Shown: in pieces, positions 1 to 9,410 of the stretch
How the letters are laid out: every line of letters starts with the position of its first letter
How positions within the stretch are numbered: position 1 is the stretch's first letter
NCBI GenBank assembly: GCA_964385675.1
Contig: CAYLSF010000001.1
Location: 53,651-117,650 of the forward strand
DNA: 64,000 bases
Direction: 5' to 3'
Origin: an uncultured Saprospiraceae bacterium
Lineage (GTDB): Bacteria; Bacteroidota; Bacteroidia; Chitinophagales; Saprospiraceae
Notes under the pieces: model-generated
Told to the model about the DNA's origin: nothing
What the model saw: only the letters and a program-made list of their open reading frames with translations
Databases searched by the model: none
Made by a program: the position numbers and the translations under genes

Positions 1-670
1 TTTGCTTCTAAAAATCTTAGTTTTGTTTTTAGCTTTTTACATTGAATGACATCATAAAGATATGAACTTGTTTTATTGTTATTATAACGGGTTAGGTTAT
101 TATAAGTTAATTCTAAGCTATGATCATTTGCTAGTTTAATAAGCAGGTTTTTCTTATAGTCATGTGCATGGCCATCTATATTGATATAAATAGGTGCATT
201 GACTGCGCTCTTTAGCAAAGAGATATGCATGTCTACTTGTGATAGGGCATCATCATAATCATCAGACGCAGATATTAAAGTATCTATTGAAGAACCTTCA
301 TGACCAGTAATAAAAATTAGATTGCTGGTGTCTATATCTGATAATATCTCCATAGAAATTTGTGCGTGCCTGAAAAAGTTAGACGCAGAATGACTTAAAG
401 CCAAGATTTCTAATAATGATTTGTACCCTTGGTGATTTTTAGCTAACATTACTAAAGCTCCGCCATCCATAAACGTCGAGCTTAATCCTAAGATAGGTTT
501 AATACCCTGTTTCTTGGCGGACTTATAAAATTGTACTATACCTGCCATACTATTTAAGTCAGTAATAGAGGCAGATTCAAATTCTTGTTGGACTGAGATA
601 TCTACTATCTCTGAAGGCTTGAGAATGCTATCTAATACGCTATAATGACTATAGTTAATAAAGTTGGTCA
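1..670 (-). CDS. dnaE: DNA polymerase III alpha (DnaE-type), N-terminal PHP-domain part; 3' part of gene lies beyond the left window edge
   Basis: Absent from the ORF track because no stop falls in the window. ATG at 670, frame open to position 1. My translation MTNFINYSHYSVLDSILKPSEIV..ITDLNSMAGIVQFYKSAKKQGIKPILG..LAKNHQGYKSLLEI matches the Pol III alpha N-terminus. Confidence 0.7.
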
Positions 671-741
671 TAGATTTTGTTGACCTTTGTGTTATTGTAT
701 TTGCTTGTCGGCCCAAATCTGAGCTTCTAGTCGAATTCCAA

Positions 742-1722
742 CTACTCATTTTTCTTATATTTACCCATGTTTTCTTCTACATAGTCTATACCATGTAAAT
801 GAATATTATAAATAGAACAATCGCACATTGTCATTGGTGATCCACGGCTAGCAATGCCACCTATTTCTTCCTGTGTTAATTGTGGTAGGTTCGTGCCCTC
901 AGTAGTTAATTTCCCAAAAGGACAAAACTTAGTACATTTCCAACTTATATTGAGTTTAGGTATATTACAATTCTTAATTTCGTGATACCTATCTTTTAAA
1001 AGTTGCTCTGTTTTTTCTAAGTCTTTACTTGAAAAGGGTATACTAAAATAGTCTTGTGTCTTGAAAAACAAAATTGATACAATAAAGTTTTTATACTCTC
1101 CATATACTCTGGTAGCCGCCCAATGATAAAACCTAAGTTGAGGATCTTCAAAAAAGTCTTTATATTTCTTGACTTTGCCTGTGTTCCAGTCTTTGGGCTG
1201 GCCAGTTTTATAGTCAATAATTTCTATTGTATTTTCGTCTACTTCAGTAACTAGGTCAACAATACCACTGAGATAAAACTGTGACCCATCGTAATTTTTA
1301 GCCCACTCTTCTGGAATCTCAACTTTAACTCTTTTTTCTGGCGCCAAGATTTTTCTGTTTCGAGGATCATATTCGCCATTATTAAATGATAGTGCTCTTT
1401 TAAGATATTCCTGCATGGTTTCTATATCTTTACCATCAAAATATCCTTCTTTGAAGCCAGACATAGAAAGATGTAAAAGTTCAGTAATAGTATAATTATC
1501 AATATCTATTTCTGTATCTTTAACTTTGAGCGGCGTATTATCTTGCTCTTGAATCTTAAGTTGTACTAAAGCAAGAATTTCTAGAACCTTATGTACTACA
1601 GTTCCAATATCTGCTGCCTTGCCGGCGGGAAAGGTATATTTCAAATTTTGCTCTAAGAAATATCTATGTTGGCAACCATCCCAACTATTGTAAGATGATG
1701 GAGATATTTTTTTAATTTTCAT
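742..1722 (-). CDS. PD-(D/E)XK nuclease, Cas4/RecB-family exonuclease-like
   Basis: IVDLV..IEIIDYKTG resembles the D..ExK nuclease motif. One N-terminal Cys (CQHRYF) plus C-terminal cysteines (CTKFCPFG..CDC) resemble a Cas4-type Fe-S cluster. Confidence 0.6.
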   Translation of the reverse strand: MKIKKISPSSYNSWDGCQHRYFLEQNLKYTFPAGKAADIGTVVHKVLEILALVQLKIQEQDNTPLKVKDTEIDIDNYTITELLHLSMSGFKEGYFDGKDIETMQEYLKRALSFNNGEYDPRNRKILAPEKRVKVEIPEEWAKNYDGSQFYLSGIVDLVTEVDENTIEIIDYKTGQPKDWNTGKVKKYKDFFEDPQLRFYHWAATRVYGEYKNFIVSILFFKTQDYFSIPFSSKDLEKTEQLLKDRYHEIKNCNIPKLNISWKCTKFCPFGKLTTEGTNLPQLTQEEIGGIASRGSPMTMCDCSIYNIHLHGIDYVEENMGKYKKNE

Positions 1723-2470
1723 TATTAATGCTTTCTAGGAATTTGTGCCAGCCAATATTATTTTTTGTGTCTACGTCTATGTTTTGATTATCGATTACAA
1801 AGTTAAAATTGTCCCAGTCGTATTTGTCTTTATCTAGTTGGGATTCTATTGTCGTATTTCGATGGGTTGTGTTTCTAGTTAATCTACCTACATATCCTTT
1901 ATTTTCTTGAATTTTGATTATTTCATTATGTGATCTGACATCCCCTATTAAAAATATAGTGGGTTCGTTGCATTCATCTATTTCAGAAAACGTGGCATTA
2001 ATCCAACAATGTTCATTAATTCTACGTCCCAAATCTGTTCCTAAATATTCCATAAATTCTCTACCTGTCATGGGTCCAGGCTCATGGAAAATCATGTTTT
2101 TGGTGAGATGTTGATAGTCCTGCTTATTTAGGTAATCTAATTTAACGGACATAGATGGAGTCATTACTCCGGGCATATTTTCCCATTTTAGCCAGTCTAT
2201 AGGTTCATTTTTGCCGTGATCGTCATATACTTGGTGATGAGACAAACCAAATAATTCAATACATATTTTTTTAAGTTGATCTGCAAAATATATTACTCTA
2301 CAAACATTGCCTAATTCAAATTCATGTCCCCAATAATCATATAGCTCTAAAAATGAGTCAGGAAGCATAGTCCAGTCATTTTTAATTTTATCTTCTATAA
2401 AATCTACTAAGGTAGTTTTTCCTGACTGCGCTCTTCCACTAATACCAAATACTATATGTTTTTTAGCCAT
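1712..2470 (-). CDS. P-loop kinase, deoxynucleoside-monophosphate kinase-like
   Basis: N-terminal Walker A FGISGRAQSGKTT. Size and position in the replication/nucleotide block resemble phage dNMP kinases. Confidence 0.45.
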   Translation of the reverse strand: MAKKHIVFGISGRAQSGKTTLVDFIEDKIKNDWTMLPDSFLELYDYWGHEFELGNVCRVIYFADQLKKICIELFGLSHHQVYDDHGKNEPIDWLKWENMPGVMTPSMSVKLDYLNKQDYQHLTKNMIFHEPGPMTGREFMEYLGTDLGRRINEHCWINATFSEIDECNEPTIFLIGDVRSHNEIIKIQENKGYVGRLTRNTTHRNTTIESQLDKDKYDWDNFNFVIDNQNIDVDTKNNIGWHKFLESINNEN

Positions 2471-3552
2471 GTTATTATTTCCTTATGGGTCATATCGCCC
2501 AGGTCATTTTTAGGTGGGCATAAATGCTGTATTTTTACGTCAGGTAAGACTCTTAGTATTTCTTTTTTACATGATAGTTCAGCGTGTTCTCCTCCGTCAT
2601 CAGCATCCATAATTGTTGTGATTAATCTTGGCCTAAGACTAGCTATTTTTTCTGCTTGCATAGCTGTCATATTAGAACCAAAAATCGCCAACGAGTTATG
2701 AATACCACATTCTTCTAGTTTCCATACTTCTGATGGTCCTTCGACTAATATAATCTTATCCCAGTTTTTACCATACATGTTCCAATAGTTATATAGGTAT
2801 CTTTCTCGCCTGAATCCTTTATTATGCTTCCATTTTTGAAACATCCAAGGCTCTGATTTTTGATCTGGACATTGAGCCCTAGAATCATGATAACCATCAC
2901 ATACTAAACATTTGTCTTCTGAGGTTCGACCAGAGCATCCTATAATTGTTTGTCCGTCATCGCTAAAAATTGGGACAAGTATTCTTTTAGATAAAGGCTT
3001 ATAAGGTTTATCATAATATCCAATACAATACTTGCGTAGTATCTCTTCTGAAAATCCTCTATTTATATAATACTCAGGAGGGCATTGAATGTTTTGTAAA
3101 AAAGTTTCTTTAGCTAAATTTAATTCTGTATGTAACTTTTCTTTTTTAGCTTTATTTTTATGATGCCTACGTTTGGAATCTATAGGTAAGTTCGGTCTTT
3201 TTTCTAAAAACTGCTCTATGAAAGAAAGAGTTTCTCTAAAGCCAAATACCTTATCTGTATCATTAAAGTTAGACCAACCTAATTTATTAACAGATAAGAG
3301 ACCTCTTACAAGTCCTACCATTGTGCCTTTAAAAATGTTGTGGCACCCGTGTGTATGGCAAATCCACGCGCCGCTGTCTTTATACAAAGTAAATGCGGCC
3401 GGGTTATCTGAATCGGCGTGTAGAGGGCAGCATCCTTTATAATGATCTTCGTATTCTTGTAGATCAAGATTAAAGAAAAACTCTATAGCTTCAAAGTTTT
3501 CTATCAGTTTTAATGATATGTCATTCAATTTTTTAAAACTCAAGTCCGTCAA
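2452..3552 (-). CDS. DNA primase (DnaG-type zinc finger + TOPRIM)
   Basis: CHC2-like zinc finger CCPLHADSDNPAAF..ICHTHGCH. TOPRIM Glu (ILVEGPSEV) and DxD (IMDADDGGE). Overlaps the helicase gene by 20 nt. Confidence 0.8.
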   Translation of the reverse strand: MTDLSFKKLNDISLKLIENFEAIEFFFNLDLQEYEDHYKGCCPLHADSDNPAAFTLYKDSGAWICHTHGCHNIFKGTMVGLVRGLLSVNKLGWSNFNDTDKVFGFRETLSFIEQFLEKRPNLPIDSKRRHHKNKAKKEKLHTELNLAKETFLQNIQCPPEYYINRGFSEEILRKYCIGYYDKPYKPLSKRILVPIFSDDGQTIIGCSGRTSEDKCLVCDGYHDSRAQCPDQKSEPWMFQKWKHNKGFRRERYLYNYWNMYGKNWDKIILVEGPSEVWKLEECGIHNSLAIFGSNMTAMQAEKIASLRPRLITTIMDADDGGEHAELSCKKEILRVLPDVKIQHLCPPKNDLGDMTHKEIITWLKNI

Positions 3553-4984
3553 AATGATCTTTTTTATTCTTAGCAGGTTCTTTTTTAGCTTCTTTTACTG
3601 GATTCTTTTCTTGACTATGAGACCTAGTTCCATCTTCTATCATTTTATTCTTAGAGTGATCAAATGATATATTAATATAATCACCTGGGTCCATCGGCGG
3701 CCCATACCTAGATATTAGTGGCACTAGTTTTTGATTACCACAGTTATAATGTTCTAAAGCCATTTCTTCTTCTGTCTTCCATTTTAATAACGATATAGAA
3801 GAAGCATACATAGAAATTCTATCGGACGCGCCAATTGCCGCAGTATCTTCTCTAGAAATGCCATCTCTATTTAGTTGAGCTGCGGTGAGGATAGGAATAT
3901 CATATTTAACAGCCAAGTTTTGAAGGGCTGTCATTAAGAATCCTATAGCCTGATGTTCTTGTAGTTTGCCTATGTCATCGGCATCCATCATCTTAATATA
4001 ATCGTATATTAGAAGACAGTCTTTAGCTCTACCATCGGCATCAAGGCCTACATTTCTAATAAGCCACTTTCTTACAATAGCAAACTGAGATTCTAAAGAC
4101 ATTCCACTAATATTTTTGTGCATTATATTAGTCTGTTGTATATCAGCAATAGCCTTTTCCATTTTCTGTTTTTGTTGTCTGAACTTACCAGACTCAATGT
4201 CAGAAATGTTTATGTCGCTAACAGTAGAAAGCAGTCTATTTATTTGATCCTCGGTTTGCATTTCTGTATCTAGAATTAAAACAGGTATGCCTGCTTTAGC
4301 TACATTCCAGCCCACATTCTTACAGAAAGTACTTTTGCCAACTTTGGCTCTAGCGCCTATGACGGTGATAGCATGCTTTCTAAGCCCTCCTCCTATACAT
4401 TTATCAAATATAGGAAAGCCCGTTGGGATGCCAATCTGATCTACTGGGTTTTCTTCTAGATCTTTAACGTGGTCAAATACGCTTTTACCAATGTTTACTG
4501 GCTCAGCAGAAGAGTCCGTAAGAAGATCGGCTAAATCTGCAAATCGTTTTTCAACTATGCCAAAGATATCGCCTAAAGATTCTTCGCCTGAAATATTTTT
4601 GACTTCGCCTTGTATTTCTTTGGCAGAGTCATTTATTTTATTACCAACTTCTAGCTTTCTTAGTCTTTTAGCTAAAGCAGCACCGCTCTCAATTTGAGTC
4701 TCGATACTAGTAATATCTGATAAGTATTGGTCTATCTCATACTCTTGAACCCAATTTTCATACCCTAGTGTTTTTGCTGTGCTAATGATAAGGGGTATGT
4801 CAATTTTTTTGATATTTTGACGATCAAATAAGTCTTTACAGCATAGATATATTGTTTGGTGCTTAAAGTCCGTAAATGTTTCTTGATTAACGCCCGTAAC
4901 ATTTATATCATAGTAAGATTCTAGGCCATAATTAATTATGTTAGATATAAGCGCTTTTTCTGAATCTTGGTCTGATAGACGCAT
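3533..4984 (-). CDS. dnaB: Replicative DNA helicase (DnaB family)
   Basis: Walker A GARAKVGKST, then ILDTEM, LLIYDYIKMM and AAQLNR motifs typical of the DnaB C-terminal RecA-like domain. 483 aa. Confidence 0.85.
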   Translation of the reverse strand: MRLSDQDSEKALISNIINYGLESYYDINVTGVNQETFTDFKHQTIYLCCKDLFDRQNIKKIDIPLIISTAKTLGYENWVQEYEIDQYLSDITSIETQIESGAALAKRLRKLEVGNKINDSAKEIQGEVKNISGEESLGDIFGIVEKRFADLADLLTDSSAEPVNIGKSVFDHVKDLEENPVDQIGIPTGFPIFDKCIGGGLRKHAITVIGARAKVGKSTFCKNVGWNVAKAGIPVLILDTEMQTEDQINRLLSTVSDINISDIESGKFRQQKQKMEKAIADIQQTNIMHKNISGMSLESQFAIVRKWLIRNVGLDADGRAKDCLLIYDYIKMMDADDIGKLQEHQAIGFLMTALQNLAVKYDIPILTAAQLNRDGISREDTAAIGASDRISMYASSISLLKWKTEEEMALEHYNCGNQKLVPLISRYGPPMDPGDYINISFDHSKNKMIEDGTRSHSQEKNPVKEAKKEPAKNKKDHFDGLEF

Positions 4985-4988
4985 AAAT

Positions 4989-5360
4989 TTATTTTCCTAA
5001 ACATTTATTACAAATAAAATTACTGTTATTAAAAATAGAGTTTTCAGCAATGCTGAATTGCCTATTACATTCTTTGCAGCGCTTTTTGATTTGTCGAACT
5101 TTTGGCCTTTTGTTCTTATTGACTGGCGCTATATTTTTTGTAGCATTTACAGCATTTTGTTCAGTTGCAGGAACGTCAGCGCTACTGCCTAGCACTTCTA
5201 ATTTTTTACCCCTGGGTATACTAGATGAACCAGAACCAACAATATCTTCGTCTTCTGATTCAGATTCTTCTAGCAACATCTCTTTTAAAGCATCTTTTAT
5301 TTCTTGATTTTTAAGTAGCTCACCTAACATATCAAGAGGATTTTGAGTGTTTTCAGACAT
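4989..5360 (-). CDS. Hypothetical protein with C-terminal zinc ribbon
   Basis: CKECN..CNKC at the C-terminus. The track start at 5432 overlaps the upstream gene by 80 nt, so I prefer the ATG at 5360 (MSENTQ), which gives an 8-nt overlap. Confidence 0.5.
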   Translation of the reverse strand: MSENTQNPLDMLGELLKNQEIKDALKEMLLEESESEDEDIVGSGSSSIPRGKKLEVLGSSADVPATEQNAVNATKNIAPVNKNKRPKVRQIKKRCKECNRQFSIAENSIFNNSNFICNKCLGK

Positions 5361-5844
5361 ATTTCTGAGCCTTGTTTTTTGAGAATTGTAAACTTTTATA
5401 TTTATCTGATATCTGTTGGATGTTTTTGACAACCTCTGATAATGATTCTATTCTTTGCTCTAGTTCTACTAACTTATCCTGACAAGACTTAGCATATAGA
5501 TTGTCTTGAATAGCCTGCGTTCTTTGTAGATCCCACTGCCCATTATATTGATGAGCCGTGGTACAAATAGCGTTATTTATTTCATGTCTAATATATTTGA
5601 TAGCAGATTCATGTTGATTTACAGTTCTTTGTAGATACAAGGAATACTGTGCTAATCGAGTAGAAATAATAACGCATTCTTCAGCATTTAATGCTTTAAG
5701 ATCTGTAACTCCCATTCGCATATATTGATCATATTCTTCCATTAGACCAGGGGGAGCATTGCTAGGAAGTATTTTTTCAACAAACTGAGCAATCTTCTCT
5801 GTATTATATTGCAGCTTCGATTTGTTTTCTCCAGTTTCTTGCAT
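5353..5844 (-). CDS. Hypothetical protein
   Basis: 163-aa ORF in the gene-strand series. No recognisable motif. Confidence 0.5.
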   Translation of the reverse strand: MQETGENKSKLQYNTEKIAQFVEKILPSNAPPGLMEEYDQYMRMGVTDLKALNAEECVIISTRLAQYSLYLQRTVNQHESAIKYIRHEINNAICTTAHQYNGQWDLQRTQAIQDNLYAKSCQDKLVELEQRIESLSEVVKNIQQISDKYKSLQFSKNKAQKYV

Positions 5845-6202
5845 CTTGCTCTTTCAGTCTTATTATATTAATATTGTTGACTTCACACCATTCTTCTTTT
5901 AATCTATCATTTTTTTGAGCCCTATAGAAAGATAACTTATCTCTATGAAAATGCTTATTAAACTCGCTATGTTGCCTACCGTCTATTTCAATAGCTAAAG
6001 AAAAAGAAGGTATAAATATATCGATATAAATATTTTTTTTTATTCCTAAGGGAAGCTTACATTCTTCATAGATATGGACCATCGGAAGAAGCTGTCTTAC
6101 TATTTCTAACGCTTTCTTATGATTTTTAGACGCATTAGATCTAGGTTTGCTCTTGGGGGTCCATTTGATAGGCTCTGCATTTAATCCAAAATAATCATAC
6201 AT
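5804..6202 (-). CDS. DUF559/Vsr-like endonuclease domain protein (possible free-standing homing endonuclease)
   Basis: FIPSFSLAIEIDGRQH..DRLKEEWCEV..IIRL resembles the Vsr/DUF559 restriction-endonuclease-like core. Start is uncertain (6202, 6214 or 6271). Confidence 0.5.
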   Translation of the reverse strand: MYDYFGLNAEPIKWTPKSKPRSNASKNHKKALEIVRQLLPMVHIYEECKLPLGIKKNIYIDIFIPSFSLAIEIDGRQHSEFNKHFHRDKLSFYRAQKNDRLKEEWCEVNNINIIRLKEQDARNWRKQIEAAI

Positions 6203-7226
6203 CGAAGAAATCATTATATACTGACTTTTTAAGTTGCTCAAATATATCTGTATTGTTACATAAATAGGCACGCATTTTTTCGGCGCCCTGCGTTTTTGTC
6301 AATTCTTTACCGTCAGAATCAAACATTGTAAACCATGCGCCAGCCTTTTTAATTCTACCAATAGAAACGCATAGATCTACTAGTTCTGATACCTCATCGT
6401 ATCCTTCTTTATATCGCAACTTACATGTTGCCTTACTACCAGGAGGTCCTAATGCTGATGTTTCACATTCCCAGTGTACATCTTGGCCAATCTGGCTATC
6501 TCCAACATTCCATGGAGAAACATGCGTACCTTTAATTTTTACGTCTGTTTGATATTGTATTTTTTGTCCGCTGGCCTCTGTCCAAACTTTCATGCCAGGG
6601 CCTTGATTGGCAATTCTGTGAGTAATACCAATAACGATACTTTTATTAACTGGAATGATTTGGCTAATACGCTTACAAAAGGACGACAATAAAAGTGGAG
6701 CGTCGTCTCTAAATCTGTCTCCAATATTAGCATCATATCTAGCCTGCGTACATATAGCGCTGAAGCTATCAAATATAAATATAGCGCCCGGTACGTTTCG
6801 TATCAGTTCTTCGCCAATAGCAATGAATTCTTCACCTGTAATGATCTTATCTTTTGTTGATTTAATTAAGGTGAATTTTTCAGGAGAGGTATCTAAATTT
6901 TTACAAGATATATCCCTGATTTTGATCCTACCTTCAATGTCAAAATAAAATACTTTACGAGGTCCAAACTCGCTATCAATTTTTTGTGCGTTGCCGGCAA
7001 AGTGTAATGATAAAGATGATTTACCTAGCTTAGGAGGGCCGCTAACCAGACAAAAACTCCCCTCGGGTATTCCACCGCTCAAAATAATATCCATCTGTGG
7101 GGTTGTAGGGATTACCTTGGGCGGCGCTGTATGTAAGTCGGCTGCGTCAACAAAGACTTTGCCAAACTTTTTAATAATAGCATCTTCTATATTATTAGAG
7201 TTTCTCATTTCGAGAGTTTTAGACAT
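6195..7226 (-). CDS. RecA/RadA-family recombinase (UvsX analogue)
   Basis: LSGGIPEGSFCLVSGPPKLGKSS (Walker A) and IFIFDSFSA (Walker B-like). 343 aa. Confidence 0.75.
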   Translation of the reverse strand: MSKTLEMRNSNNIEDAIIKKFGKVFVDAADLHTAPPKVIPTTPQMDIILSGGIPEGSFCLVSGPPKLGKSSLSLHFAGNAQKIDSEFGPRKVFYFDIEGRIKIRDISCKNLDTSPEKFTLIKSTKDKIITGEEFIAIGEELIRNVPGAIFIFDSFSAICTQARYDANIGDRFRDDAPLLLSSFCKRISQIIPVNKSIVIGITHRIANQGPGMKVWTEASGQKIQYQTDVKIKGTHVSPWNVGDSQIGQDVHWECETSALGPPGSKATCKLRYKEGYDEVSELVDLCVSIGRIKKAGAWFTMFDSDGKELTKTQGAEKMRAYLCNNTDIFEQLKKSVYNDFFDV

Positions 7227-7241
7227 ATTGTTAATTTCTTT

Positions 7242-7640
7242 CTAATCTAATAGATCTAGGTTAAGATTTTTTTTACTTCTAAATGTGGGATTTTCTACAG
7301 TTTCTACTCTTTTAAGAGTCTTGCTGTTTTTGGCTTTCCAGATCTTGAACTCTTTTGGAATATCATCGTAGATCCACTTTGCTTTAAGCGACCATATCTT
7401 TTTGGATCTAATGTAGCTAACTAAAAAATCAGATGGATAAGTCTTGAGTAGGCTTGTGGCATATTTCATCTGGAATAGATAAAAAGCTTTCCACTGTTTT
7501 AGCTTCCAAAAGTTTTTAGGTATTTCAATGTTATTTTTATCAGCATTATTACTACAAACAAGTTCGACAATATATTGTGCAGGAGTAACTTTCTTATCTA
7601 GGTCGCTATAAATAGATTTATACCTTATAGATTCTGTCAT
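7242..7640 (-). CDS. Hypothetical protein
   Basis: 132-aa ORF in the gene-strand series. Confidence 0.5.
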   Translation of the reverse strand: MTESIRYKSIYSDLDKKVTPAQYIVELVCSNNADKNNIEIPKNFWKLKQWKAFYLFQMKYATSLLKTYPSDFLVSYIRSKKIWSLKAKWIYDDIPKEFKIWKAKNSKTLKRVETVENPTFRSKKNLNLDLLD

Positions 7641-8157
7641 TGTCTATATTTTTGTCTAAGTTTGTTTGAGATTTCTTGGCGTCATCGCCCGCTTGAGATG
7701 CTGCCTGCGTAATGGCCGATACTCCCTTTTCATTATTTGAAGACCTATTAATAAATAACTCTGATCCATTTACAGAGGTTAAAGCAGTATTATATAAGTC
7801 TTCTTCCGAGATAGACTCTATGCCTTTCTTTTGTGCCTGGGCACAAATCTTAGCTATTCTTTGCTTGGCAACATTTACATCTAAGCCAGACTTTATTAGT
7901 GATCGAACTACATTTTGATAAACATCGGTTTCTATATAGTCTATAGGCTCTATACTAGTATTTTCTGGTATACTAGATACATCTTGATTAAACGCTTTTA
8001 AAGATGTTGTTTTAAGTTCTTCTATTACTTTGCCAACGGTGGCTTGTGATCTTTCTAGCTTTTTAGCAATAGCATATGCTGTTTTGCCTTCTGATACTAA
8101 CTTCATAATTTCTAGTTTCTCTTGCGCGGTTACGCGTCTTTGCTTCTTTTTAGGCAT
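7618..8157 (-). CDS. Helix-turn-helix DNA-binding protein
   Basis: N-terminal KKKQRRVTAQEKLEIMKLVSEGKTAYAIAKKLERSQATVGKVIEEL is a typical HTH. Confidence 0.5.
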   Translation of the reverse strand: MPKKKQRRVTAQEKLEIMKLVSEGKTAYAIAKKLERSQATVGKVIEELKTTSLKAFNQDVSSIPENTSIEPIDYIETDVYQNVVRSLIKSGLDVNVAKQRIAKICAQAQKKGIESISEEDLYNTALTSVNGSELFINRSSNNEKGVSAITQAASQAGDDAKKSQTNLDKNIDNDRIYKV

Positions 8158-8498
8158 CAGATCATTCTCCTGAGTACTTCTTGATATATAGCATTATTAT
8201 TAGTTTTTAGAAAATTTATATATGTCTCAAAAGTATCTTTGTTCACATACTGAAATTCTTCGCCTGTTGTAATACTACGTAGTCTGGATGTGTTGAGTCC
8301 TATTTGGCTAGGATTAACGGGATTGCTGTCATCATCTAGTTTGATTGCATATACAGTCTTATTGTCTGTAGAAGCAGCCTTAGCGTAAGTTTTGATAATC
8401 TCATCAGTCGTAGGATAGCCATCAACTAGTTTGGAATGATTACCGAAGTTGGTATACCAAATTTCTACTGGCGTTGTCGGTGAATTGTTTTCGTTCAT
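8157..8498 (-). CDS. Hypothetical protein
   Basis: 113-aa ORF whose start abuts the upstream stop. Confidence 0.5.
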   Translation of the reverse strand: MNENNSPTTPVEIWYTNFGNHSKLVDGYPTTDEIIKTYAKAASTDNKTVYAIKLDDDSNPVNPSQIGLNTSRLRSITTGEEFQYVNKDTFETYINFLKTNNNAIYQEVLRRMI

Positions 8499-8704
8499 TT
8501 TTTGTCCTTTGCGTTTTTATCTGCTAGTCCGCCTATTGTTTTTGGCTCAAAAAACTCATTAACTGGCATATCAGCCAGAAAATTACGAGAAATATTTGAG
8601 TCTCCGCACTTAGTACATGCGTGATCTGTGTGATAGTTCTTGCGTTCCATCTGCACAGAAAATTCAAACCCGCAAGATTCACATACAAATGTGTAGTATG
8701 GCAT
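8495..8704 (-). CDS. FmdB-family zinc-ribbon protein
   Basis: MPYYTFVCESCGFEF..CTKCG, a CxxC..CxxC layout typical of the FmdB family. Confidence 0.6.
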   Translation of the reverse strand: MPYYTFVCESCGFEFSVQMERKNYHTDHACTKCGDSNISRNFLADMPVNEFFEPKTIGGLADKNAKDKK

Positions 8705-8745
8705 TCTTATTCCTATTATACGTTTTACTAGTCTTAGATTAATAG

Positions 8746-9399
8746 CTATTTATAGTTTTCAGCCATCGATTTTTCGATGCAAGAGTTTAACTTATTAATG
8801 CTTTCAATAGATTTAACAGTAAGCTCATTACTCTCTATGATTTTTTGTCTTAAGTCTACTAAGAATATAATACCCATTCCAAGAGCTATTATAGCCATAA
8901 TAATTTGATGCCAATTAGCTATTAGCAAATCAAATATTTTTTCTTTAATCGACTTAATTTTTCGTCGAGGATTTTGATGTTCTGTCACGCTGGATTTATC
9001 TTCCACTGGAACAACGTGTGATACATATATAACTATATTTTTATGAACATCTCTTACTGGATAAACAGTTAATGTTATTTTAACTATTTGTCCTGTTTTT
9101 GTAATAAATCTTTTGACCATTGTATAAGTGTCGCATTCGCCCCGCTCCACTTTTTTTAGATTGGCCCAGTCGATACCAATATCTTCAGGATGAGTAATTT
9201 CTGTAAAGTTTTTATCACATAATTCTACATTGGAATAATGCAATAGTTTACACAAAGCTTGATTAACTCTAAGAAATTTACCTTCCTTAGATACGAATGC
9301 TATTGGCTGTGGACAAAGGTCAAATAGTAATCTGGCTTTATGTTCGTGGTTTTGGTCGATTAAAACCAAAGCTTCTTGGTCGCCATAGGTTTTCTTCAT
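8746..9399 (-). CDS. PAS-domain protein with C-terminal transmembrane segment
   Basis: PAS pattern PIAFVSKEGKFLRVNQALCKLLHYSNVEL..ITHPEDI..KRFITKTGQIVKITL, followed by hydrophobic IIMAIIALGMGIIFLV. Confidence 0.7.
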   Translation of the reverse strand: MKKTYGDQEALVLIDQNHEHKARLLFDLCPQPIAFVSKEGKFLRVNQALCKLLHYSNVELCDKNFTEITHPEDIGIDWANLKKVERGECDTYTMVKRFITKTGQIVKITLTVYPVRDVHKNIVIYVSHVVPVEDKSSVTEHQNPRRKIKSIKEKIFDLLIANWHQIIMAIIALGMGIIFLVDLRQKIIESNELTVKSIESINKLNSCIEKSMAENYK

Positions 9400-9410
9400 T
9401 GTTTCTGCCT

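Noticed and set aside
1017-1217. Minus-strand ORFs nested out of frame inside longer genes (1017..1217 in the nuclease gene, 6590..6772 in the recombinase gene).
   Set aside because: They are fully contained within better-supported genes in another frame, and nothing independent supports them.
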